Shown here piece after piece: positions 25,688-33,239 of a stretch of DNA of 42,997 nucleotides. The stretch is from positions 1 through 42,997 of the forward strand of contig CAYQXI010000025.1 of NCBI GenBank assembly GCA_964421575.1, given 5' to 3'. The notes under the pieces are model-generated. The model was not told the DNA's origin. It made no database searches and saw only the letters and a list, made by a program, of their open reading frames with translations. A program made the position numbers and the translations under genes. Numbering within the stretch: position 1 is the stretch's first letter; each line of letters starts with the position of its first letter. The stretch is from an uncultured Nitrosopumilales archaeon (GTDB taxonomy: Archaea > Thermoproteota > Nitrososphaeria > Nitrososphaerales > JAAOZN01).

Positions 25688-26404
25688 TCACCATTTGAGC
25701 TGAGATTGTCTGGTGTACGTCTGTGCAAATAGACTTGATCTGCTTCTCATCTGGAGGAGGGTTAGGATGGCGTTAACCAAGAAGGCTAGGGCTAAGAGTA
25801 TTATCCCCAGCGCTATAGCCTCCACAAATTCACCTTGGTTCGTTAAGAGGACTATCGCGGTGGTTAAGGCTCTGGTGTAGCCGAGCAGATTCCCACCCAC
25901 GATCATGATCGCACCCACCTCAGAAATAGCGGCACCAAAACCAACCACTAGTGCTGTGAGCAGACCGAGCCTAGCCTCCCATAGTAGTATCGCCGCCTCC
26001 TGTAGCGGGCCTGCTCCAAGCGATACTGCTACTTCCCTTAACCGAGGGTCTATGGTTGAAACTGAAGATATTGTTACACCGGCGGCGATAGGTAAGACCA
26101 TGGTTAGTTGAGCCAGTATCATAGCTTCGGGTGTGTAGAGTAGTCTTAGAAAACCTAGGGGACCTGTGCTTGAGAGTAGGATGTAGTAGACGAGCCCGAC
26201 TAGAACAGGCGGCAGCCCCATAAGAGTGTTTATCACGCTTATAACAAAGGTCTTACCTCTAAAGGTTCTAAGCGCGACGAAAGCGCCTATCGGTATACCG
26301 AGCGCACCACCTATCAGTGTCGCTAGACCTGAGACCCGTAGGGAAAGTAGCGTTACTTGAATTACATTTGGGTCGCCTGAAAATATGAGCTCAACCGCCT
26401 TCAC
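25688..26404 (-). CDS. tupB: ABC transporter permease (tungstate/oxyanion type)
   Basis: ~238-aa, 5-6 TM permease lying between tupA and tupC. Confidence 0.75.
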   Translation of the reverse strand: MKAVELIFSGDPNVIQVTLLSLRVSGLATLIGGALGIPIGAFVALRTFRGKTFVISVINTLMGLPPVLVGLVYYILLSSTGPLGFLRLLYTPEAMILAQLTMVLPIAAGVTISSVSTIDPRLREVAVSLGAGPLQEAAILLWEARLGLLTALVVGFGAAISEVGAIMIVGGNLLGYTRALTTAIVLLTNQGEFVEAIALGIILLALAFLVNAILTLLQMRSRSSLFAQTYTRQSQLKW

Positions 26405-26457
26405 CAGCCCGTAGAAGACCTCGTCCCAACCAGCCAGATGGATGCACCTCCCTCATT

Positions 26458-27414
26458 TTACCTCTGCTTCACATACTGCGGTGGCTCTAAACCGCTTTCA
26501 GAAAGCCTCTTGACCCAAAACTGCACCTCTTCCTCCTCTGATGGTAGCCCGATATCTTCTGCTTTGCCGAAGGCTGGGAAGAAGATCTGCTCACCCGCAA
26601 CCCTATAGCTATCTATCAGCCTCTGCCCCTCCTCCGACACCATAAATAGGAAGAACTTCTCAGCTAGCTCCGAGTTAATCTGCGGGTACTTTTGCGGGTT
26701 CAGAAGGATCAGCCCATAGGGGTTAAGTAGAATCTTATCGCCCTCAAAGAGTATCTGAAGCCGAAGCGCCTCACCAAAAGCGCTCTTCAGCTTAACCCAA
26801 GTGCCTCGATCGCTGAGCGTGTAGGCTTGTTTCTCGCTGCTTAGGCGTATAGTTGGGCTCATACCTTGCCCAGCTTCCATATACCACCTTCTTCCTCTAG
26901 GGTCTAAGCCCAAGGCAGACCAGATCTTCATCTCCAAAGCATGGGTGCCAGAGTTATCGCCCCGTGAAACAAATAGCGCCCTACCTGATTCCCCCGCTTC
27001 CGCTATCCTCTTGAAGGCTTCTGTAGCCTCACCAGCCCCTCTTATACCAGCTGGATCGTTCGCAGGGCCGATGATCACAAAATCGTTATACATTACTGTG
27101 ACGCGGTGAATACCGTTCCCAGCAGCTAAAAACGCATCCTCCCTCGCTCTGTCGTGCACGAGAAGTGTGTCAGCATCCCCTCTTGACGCTACCTCTATCG
27201 CTTGGCCTGTGCCTAGGTAGAGCCAAGTCATATCTGCATCAAACCGCGCATCAAAGTATGGCTTAAGATAATCTAGAAGACCGCTGTCTACTGTGCTTGT
27301 GGTCGTAGCTATAACAAGCTTGGAGCGGATTGTTGAAGTAGGGTTTGTGGGGGCGAAGAGAACCAAAGATACAACCAAAAGAGCTACTATTAATATTAGC
27401 CAACCTTTTTGCAT
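26458..27414 (-). CDS. tupA: tungstate (TupA-type) substrate-binding protein
   Basis: A signal/anchor, then VIATTTSTVDSGLLDYLKPYFD...GTGQAIEVASRGDADTLLVHDR, the TupA-like pattern. Confidence 0.75.
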   Translation of the reverse strand: MQKGWLILIVALLVVSLVLFAPTNPTSTIRSKLVIATTTSTVDSGLLDYLKPYFDARFDADMTWLYLGTGQAIEVASRGDADTLLVHDRAREDAFLAAGNGIHRVTVMYNDFVIIGPANDPAGIRGAGEATEAFKRIAEAGESGRALFVSRGDNSGTHALEMKIWSALGLDPRGRRWYMEAGQGMSPTIRLSSEKQAYTLSDRGTWVKLKSAFGEALRLQILFEGDKILLNPYGLILLNPQKYPQINSELAEKFFLFMVSEEGQRLIDSYRVAGEQIFFPAFGKAEDIGLPSEEEEVQFWVKRLSESGLEPPQYVKQR

Positions 27415-27444
27415 CGTTATATCCGCTTAGATATATCGGCTGCA

Positions 27445-27462
27445 ATATATTTATAAGTATAT
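27445..27462. promoter_or_regulatory. near-palindromic AT-rich element in the 65-bp tupA/regulator divergent intergenic region
   Basis: ATATATTTATAAGTATAT matches its own reverse complement at 16 of 18 positions and is centred on TTATAA. It could serve as a bidirectional TATA element and/or an operator. Confidence 0.35.
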
Positions 27463-27479
27463 CGTGCAACAATAAGTTG

Positions 27480-28571
27480 ATGAGCCGCTTTACTCCCCGC
27501 TTCGATGTATGGCTAGAGGTGGATGGTAAGCGCGTGATAGGTTCTTCTGAAGCCAAGATACTGGAGGGTATTCAGAAGCTGGGTTCGTTTATGGCTGCGT
27601 CGAAGGCTGTTGGTGTATCTTATGCGCACGCTTGGAACCTTGTCGATAATATGAGGAGGATCCTCGGCGAACCCATTGTTGAAGCTAGAAAAGGCGGTGA
27701 ATTTGGTGGTGGAGCCCGTCTAACCGAAGTGGGTTTAAACCTTTTAAACGAATACTATGGGTTAGAGAAGAGGGTCAGAGAGAGCGTAGAGGGCTCTTCA
27801 GCCAGAGCAGAGCATAGAGGAGTTATCCGCAGACCCATTAGGCTGCCGGAGTTTACGATCATAGGAAGCGACTGCGTGGGCTTAGACATCTTAGTTGGGT
27901 TGATGAGGAAGGAGAAGAGTTTTACATATGAGATCGTCAGAGTAGGCTCTTCTGGTGGGTTAAGCGCGATAATGCTTGGCGAAGCGGATGTTGCTGGTAT
28001 ACATCTGCTGGATGAGGAGACCATGGAGTACAATACACCCTTTCTACGAAGATACTGGATAGCGGACAGAGCTGCCCTAATAAGAGGCTACATTAGGGAC
28101 ATCGGGCTTATAGTAGCCAAAGGTAACCCCAAGAATATCCAGAGCGTCCAAGATCTGCTGAGGAGAGGTGTAAGGATGGTGAACCGAACGCTAGGTTCTG
28201 GCACAAGGACTCTTCAAGACATGCTTCTGAGAAGGACCATTGAGAAGAGGGGGTTGAAGTTCAGCGAAGTGGTGAAGAGGATAAGGGGGTATTCTGTTGA
28301 GGTTCATTCACACGCAGAAGCCGCTAAGGCTGTAGCAGAAGGGAATGCTGATGTGGTCGTTGGAGTAAAATATGCCGCCAACATATATGACTTAGACTTC
28401 ATACCCATAACACAAGAGCACTTCGACTTCGTTGTAGAGGAGAGGAGGCTCAGAAAGCCCTTACTCAAACTATTCCTAGAGAAGCTCGCATCGAAAGAGT
28501 TTAAAAAGGAGGCTGAAAAGGTTGGGCTGCACACCCTAAACGACACAGGCAAAATAATTTACAAACCCTAA
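27480..28571 (+). CDS. ModE-N-type winged-HTH fused to a periplasmic-binding-protein-like domain (putative oxyanion-responsive regulator)
   Basis: RFDVWLEVDGKRVIGSSEAKILEGIQKLGSFMAASKAVGVSYAHAWNLVDNM is the ModE N-terminal pattern. A PBP-like domain follows. The listed start at 27345 overlaps tupA; the ATG at 27480 is more plausible. Confidence 0.7.
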   Translation: MSRFTPRFDVWLEVDGKRVIGSSEAKILEGIQKLGSFMAASKAVGVSYAHAWNLVDNMRRILGEPIVEARKGGEFGGGARLTEVGLNLLNEYYGLEKRVRESVEGSSARAEHRGVIRRPIRLPEFTIIGSDCVGLDILVGLMRKEKSFTYEIVRVGSSGGLSAIMLGEADVAGIHLLDEETMEYNTPFLRRYWIADRAALIRGYIRDIGLIVAKGNPKNIQSVQDLLRRGVRMVNRTLGSGTRTLQDMLLRRTIEKRGLKFSEVVKRIRGYSVEVHSHAEAAKAVAEGNADVVVGVKYAANIYDLDFIPITQEHFDFVVEERRLRKPLLKLFLEKLASKEFKKEAEKVGLHTLNDTGKIIYKP

Positions 28572-28660
28572 ACCTGTTAATGCTCATAGATAATCTTTGG
28601 GTTGTGTGAGGGTTTGTTGGTGTAATGTGTGTTGAGGAGTGTAGAGGTGTTTCTCCTCTT

Positions 28661-29467
28661 TTACTCCTCGATTTCCTCTTTCAGTACTATTTCGGGGTTC
28701 TCTTTAACCTTCTCTAAATTCTGCAAGAGAGTATTGAACATATCATCAAATTTGATGATCTCTCTCTTCCTTTTATAGGGGTTTGCAAATGAGAGGATCT
28801 GTTGAAAGACGAAGGGGTGCCACCTATCCATCTCCTTTAACTTTTGGGCGATCTCCGACATCAGAGAATTTACCTGAAGAACCCTCTCCGCCCTCCTTTC
28901 CCTCTCTTTCAAACCATCCTGAAGAGGCTTATCTAGGAAGAAGTCGCACTTTTTCATAATCGACTCTAAAACCCCACCCCTCAGCTTCTCCTCCCTCTCA
29001 TATCCAATACCTAGAGTGACGTAGTAGGCTTGTTCTATCGAGTCTGTTAAGACAGGGTCTGTCTCCAAAAGCTGAGGTTTCTCAGCTAGATACTGCCTGT
29101 ATATGTTTAAAGCGACGAAGGACTTCTCCCTAATATTCAGCTCTTTCTCGATGTTAAAATTCATCATAAGGTTGGCGAGCCTTTCGGGAACAACGATTAC
29201 TGGCAGCTCTGTTAGCTCCAATTTCTGAGCGGCCAAAAACCTATGCTGACCATCCAAAATCACATATCTCCCGTTCCTTTCAACCACCACCAGAGGAACG
29301 ATAAAACCGACCCTCCTTATCGAAGAGACTAGATGGGTAACGTGGTAGCTGCTAGGTTTTCTCTGATGCGCAACGACCTCCAAAGAATCTATCGGAACGA
29401 CTTTAAAAACCAGATCTTGCTTATGCTTCGGGTCCTTAAACTGAAAACCATCCATCTGCTTCGACAT
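28661..29467 (-). CDS. ParB-N/sulfiredoxin-fold protein with DGQHR motif (DndB-like family)
   Basis: VVPIDSLEVVAHQRKP...GFIVPLVVVERNGRYVILDGQHRFLAA. The ATG at 29467 follows GGTGGGGG; the listed GTG start is at 29476. Confidence 0.7.
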   Translation of the reverse strand: MSKQMDGFQFKDPKHKQDLVFKVVPIDSLEVVAHQRKPSSYHVTHLVSSIRRVGFIVPLVVVERNGRYVILDGQHRFLAAQKLELTELPVIVVPERLANLMMNFNIEKELNIREKSFVALNIYRQYLAEKPQLLETDPVLTDSIEQAYYVTLGIGYEREEKLRGGVLESIMKKCDFFLDKPLQDGLKERERRAERVLQVNSLMSEIAQKLKEMDRWHPFVFQQILSFANPYKRKREIIKFDDMFNTLLQNLEKVKENPEIVLKEEIEE

Positions 29468-29604
29468 CGCCCCCACCTTCCAACCAATATTACTCTTATC
29501 TAGGCAGAGTTTAAAAATTCTGAGATAAAAGATAGCAAAAGCGTTTTCACCTCATCTAACCTAGTTGATGCTCCCCTTCTAGGAGCGGATATACACAAGA
29601 GTCT

Positions 29605-29901
29605 TTATCCGCTCTTCTTTCTGTAGAGCACTCTTTTAGGGTCTTTAAGTATGAGGACGATCTCCCAGATGATGAGTGCGGCGATAAGCATAATGAAGCC
29701 CAGAACGGTGGCTTCTGGTGTCAGCTCAAGAAATTCTCCACCCTCCCTTAGAAAGCCCATGAGGTGGTCGACGAAGACCATTATCGTTATACCCCAGAGT
29801 ATGAGGCATAGAACCTTCAGCAGATATTTGTCGTCTTCAGCCATTCTATACCATAGTGGCGTGACTATCGCTGCTGCAAACGCTAATATTATCAGCCACA
29901 T
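29605..29901 (-). CDS. small 3-TM membrane protein, paralog of 29969..30334
   Basis: Shares AIVT...LKVLCLILWGITIMVFVDHLMGF with its divergent neighbour (AIIT...LWVLNALLWGGVILLAVEHVWHG). Confidence 0.55.
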   Translation of the reverse strand: MWLIILAFAAAIVTPLWYRMAEDDKYLLKVLCLILWGITIMVFVDHLMGFLREGGEFLELTPEATVLGFIMLIAALIIWEIVLILKDPKRVLYRKKSG

Positions 29902-29968
29902 ACGTCTCCCCCAATACCTTTAAATAGTATTACTAAATAAGGTTTTGGTAATACGGAGGTAATAAGCG

Positions 29969-30334
29969 GTGGCCTGCTTCCTAGTCCCAATGGCTTTGGC
30001 AATAATAACGTCGATACTACAGAAGACAGCGCGGAGCGTAGCTGAGAAGCTGAAGCTCTGGGTTCTCAATGCATTACTCTGGGGTGGCGTGATCCTCCTA
30101 GCGGTAGAGCATGTCTGGCACGGAGAAGTCGTTCCGTGGCCGCCTTTCCTAACAGCTATGGCTAATCCAGCGGACATACCGCTAATGCTTCATGAGATGG
30201 CTACCGTAGGCACAGCGATGTCCATAGCCACACTCATCAGCTGGGGAATGATTCTCACAATAAGCTATTATATGCCGAAGATCGCATCACTAAAAACCGT
30301 AGAACCGGTAAAGAAGCCGCTAACCCCCCACTAA
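29969..30334 (+). CDS. small 3-TM membrane protein, paralog of 29605..29901
   Basis: See the paralog entry. Conserved LWG-x9-[DE]H motif and similar TM topology. Confidence 0.55.
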   Translation: MACFLVPMALAIITSILQKTARSVAEKLKLWVLNALLWGGVILLAVEHVWHGEVVPWPPFLTAMANPADIPLMLHEMATVGTAMSIATLISWGMILTISYYMPKIASLKTVEPVKKPLTPH

Positions 30335-30391
30335 ACCCCCTCTCTTTTTGTTCTTGCTTTTTCATTCTAGAACTTAGCGGTAGGGTTGGAG

Positions 30392-30483
30392 CGGGCCCGG
30401 CGAGATTTGAACTCGCGACCCCCGGCTCTCCACCTCTTGGCGGATAGAGGGCCGATGCTCTGTCCATGCTGAGCTACGGGCCC
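30392..30483 (-). tRNA. intron-containing class I tRNA with an Arg-like body; anticodon unresolved
   Basis: Reverse complement: GGGCCCG-TA-GCTC-AGCATGGACA-GAGC-A-TCGGC-[24 nt]-GCCGG-GGGTC-GCGAG-TTCAAAT-CTCGC-CGGGCCC-G. The acceptor stem and discriminator are identical to tRNA-Arg(UCG) at 19004..19079. The 24 nt (30427-30450) must contain a 7-nt loop plus a 17-nt insertion. Confidence 0.75.
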
Positions 30484-30512
30484 ACAAAGTTAGGTAGATC
30501 TGTAGGAGGTTT

Positions 30513-31460
30513 TTAAACTAATATCTGCCCCGCTTCGACTACCAGCTCTCCATCAAGAATCAGTGTACCTTTTAGTAGGGTTACGTCAAGATGGTTTTGG
30601 CTTTTGATCTTTCCGCCGAGCAGTGTGTTATCGCCAAAGCCTATGGAGACGGTGCCTCTTACCCGTTCATCCTCGATGCCTCCAACTACCTTCGCTTTCG
30701 GGTTAGTGCCTACCCCTAGCTCACATAGCACATTTGCATCCTCATCTCTCGAGAGTTTGTGCCTCAGGAGCGGGTAGGCTTGGTCATCAGCTAAATCCGT
30801 TAGTCTACCACGCTGAATCATACACATAATGGGCTTCTGAACCCTTCCCGCACCTATGATCGTGCCGTCTATGAAGAGCCTACCTTTGGCTGTGAACTCC
30901 TTTGGGGCAACACACACCGAACCTGCGGGTATGAAGGTTAGATCACCCTTGTTATGTGCTAAACCCGTCGCCAACCTAGCCTTCCTTCCAGCAAGCTCCA
31001 TTGCAAGGTTCGTGCCTGCGAGCGTCTTCACCTCAGCCACCTTAGCCTTCTCTAACCTCTTTCCAAGATCCTTTAGCTCCTCAGCCAGCTCCTCATAATC
31101 CACTTGGATTGTCCGTAGTAGAGTGGAGGTGTTGATTCTAAACATACTTATCACTCTAGCTCCTTTAGAGGTGCAGTCATAGAAGTAATCGTAGGAGAAG
31201 GGCTCGGTGCTGCAAGCAAAGACCACATCCACCCTGTTAAAAGCGGACTCATAGGGAGCGGGCAGTCTACCACCCTCAAGTGAATCATAGACCATAACCC
31301 TAGGCTTAGCCCCAACGCGCTCCACCGCTTGCTTGAGCGCCTCGAGTATCTGAGCATCCTGCGCCTTGTCTGAGATGATGAGCACGGTCTCATTTGCTGA
31401 AACCTTCGCGCACACCTTTACTAGTATCTCAGCAGCTTCTGTTAACGTAGCCAAGATCAC
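30513..31460 (-). CDS. M29 (AmpS/aminopeptidase T)-like metallopeptidase family protein
   Basis: FIPAGSVCVAPKE..GRLFIDG, ELGVGTNPKA, GTVSIGFGDN and NHLDVTL resemble conserved M29 blocks. Confidence 0.55.
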   Translation of the reverse strand: MILATLTEAAEILVKVCAKVSANETVLIISDKAQDAQILEALKQAVERVGAKPRVMVYDSLEGGRLPAPYESAFNRVDVVFACSTEPFSYDYFYDCTSKGARVISMFRINTSTLLRTIQVDYEELAEELKDLGKRLEKAKVAEVKTLAGTNLAMELAGRKARLATGLAHNKGDLTFIPAGSVCVAPKEFTAKGRLFIDGTIIGAGRVQKPIMCMIQRGRLTDLADDQAYPLLRHKLSRDEDANVLCELGVGTNPKAKVVGGIEDERVRGTVSIGFGDNTLLGGKIKSQNHLDVTLLKGTLILDGELVVEAGQILV

Positions 31461-31496
31461 CTTGTGTAGATTAAGGGGTTACCAAAAAAGATTACT

Positions 31497-32255
31497 TTAC
31501 CCAAAGGCGTTATCAAGGAGCATCGTCACAGCGAAGCCGCAGACAAAGCCGAAAGTAGCTTCCTTCTCATGCCCAAATCTGTGGCTTTCAGGTATCATCT
31601 CGTGGCTAACCACAAAAGCCATAGCACCACCAGAAAAGGCTAAAGTGATTGGTAAGACCCTAAACGATATAGCTATTATTGAAACACCAACAATCGCACC
31701 CACTGGCTCTAAGAGTCCAGTAAGTAGAGCATACCAAGCAGCTTTACCACGCCCAAATCCAGCTCTAACGAGGGGGAAAGCTACAGCAGACCCCTCAGGT
31801 ATATTCTGCAGCGCTATAGCTGCAGCTAATGTTATCGCTGCTGTTAAATCACCCCCTGCAAATGAAACACCAACAGCCATACCTTCAGGGAAGTTATGTA
31901 TAGTAATGGCAAGAATGATAAGGCTTACACCGGATAGACGCGAAGCGGGGCCTTCACGACCCTTAAACATGTGTTCGTGAGGAACATATTTATCCAAAAA
32001 ATATATTGCTACACTGCCTATAATAAAAGCGGTAGCCGCTTGCATCACCCCACCATATTCTATAGCCGGTATTAGGAGGCTAAATGCTGTGGCTGCAAGC
32101 ATTACACCAGCAGCAAAACCTAGTAGAGCGTCTAACATACGTTGGCTTAGGCTCTTAATAAACAGCACCAGAATTCCTCCTAAACCAGTCGCTGCGCCAA
32201 CCGCTATGCTAGCCACAACACCTAACTGTAAAGTATCCATCTTCAAACACACCAT
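31497..32255 (-). CDS. zupT: ZIP-family divalent metal transporter
   Basis: HNFPEGMAVGVSF and QNIPEGSAV motifs in an 8-TM protein. Confidence 0.85.
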   Translation of the reverse strand: MVCLKMDTLQLGVVASIAVGAATGLGGILVLFIKSLSQRMLDALLGFAAGVMLAATAFSLLIPAIEYGGVMQAATAFIIGSVAIYFLDKYVPHEHMFKGREGPASRLSGVSLIILAITIHNFPEGMAVGVSFAGGDLTAAITLAAAIALQNIPEGSAVAFPLVRAGFGRGKAAWYALLTGLLEPVGAIVGVSIIAISFRVLPITLAFSGGAMAFVVSHEMIPESHRFGHEKEATFGFVCGFAVTMLLDNAFG

Positions 32256-32326
32256 ACACTATTTCAAAGTAATTGCGCCCTCTTAACGCATTTCTTATAT
32301 AAGGTAAATGAGCATCAAACTTAGGT

Positions 32327-33046
32327 ATGACTTCGGTGGATCCGTTTGGGAATATGGGTTTCCGAAGAGGCGAAGGGATAGAGGAGAGGTGGTTCACCAA
32401 GCTATCCTCACTCTTTGAATCAAAGAGCTGGGACGCCCTTATTAGGGGCGCAAAATATCTGAAGGCTGAGCTGAGTGGCGTAGCATCCGATGCTCTGCTC
32501 AAAACATCCTTCATGGGTCTTGAACTACTATTTAGCATTAAGCCTCCGCGAATCGACCTATATTATCTCGATAAGCTAGAGAAGCCCCGCCACTACGCCC
32601 AATACCTACCTATCGTGGTCAACTGCTTCGAGAGGGGCTGCTTGGCTAAATCAGATCCACCCCCACCTAGTACCGAACTGGTCAGCATAGCCCGCTTTGG
32701 AGGAGCCGATACTATGCGTGGATATGATAGAGTCTTCGCATCACAACTGCTCGGCATCATGCCCAACGCCAAACCAGAGGAGGTACAAAAGGCTGCTGAG
32801 CTGGTCGGAGGTAAGCTAGTTGAGCACCTTGACGCACTCTGGGCTTACGAAATAGAACCTCTCGCGTCTGTTAGAGTAAGGTTCGCCTACTGGCCCGGTG
32901 ACGAAGAGCTGCCACCTTACGCCTCCATACTCTACGGTGCTGAGACGCTACTAACTGAGATACCTATTGAGGATCTTAAGGCTCTAACCTTCCTTATAAT
33001 CTCGAGGCTAGGTACAGCATACCATCTGGTAAAGAGCAGAAAGTAA
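32327..33046 (+). CDS. DUF3786-like protein
   Basis: ELVSIARFGGADTMRGYDRVF and VRVRFAYWPGDEELPPYASILYGAETLLTEIPIEDLKAL resemble DUF3786 blocks as I recall them. No search was run. Confidence 0.5.
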   Translation: MTSVDPFGNMGFRRGEGIEERWFTKLSSLFESKSWDALIRGAKYLKAELSGVASDALLKTSFMGLELLFSIKPPRIDLYYLDKLEKPRHYAQYLPIVVNCFERGCLAKSDPPPPSTELVSIARFGGADTMRGYDRVFASQLLGIMPNAKPEEVQKAAELVGGKLVEHLDALWAYEIEPLASVRVRFAYWPGDEELPPYASILYGAETLLTEIPIEDLKALTFLIISRLGTAYHLVKSRK

Positions 33047-33239
33047 ACCTTCGAATGCTTTGTAGGCTTGAACAGTCGAAGCCACTTGTCAACTCGCATA
33101 TCTCCTACAATTCTAGAAGCCCATTGATCTGGTAATAAAGAGGTTTGTCAGTTTCAAGTAGAATGCATAATGCCCTATTTTCATCCACCAGAAGCATGGA
33201 CAGATTTTTTAATCACTCCTAACCACTTTGCTGTTTGAT

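Noticed and set aside
27345-27479. 45-codon N-terminal extension of the ModE-like regulator ORF
   Set aside because: It overlaps the tupA 5' end and the shared promoter. The ModE-type HTH begins right after the internal ATG at 27480.
31375-31400. ATGATGA ... CTGA pair resembling C and D' boxes
   Set aside because: It lies inside the coding sequence of the M29-like gene, with no second box pair.
31366-31980. 204-aa plus-strand ORF
   Set aside because: It is antisense to the ZIP transporter and the start of the M29-like gene, with no recognisable motifs.
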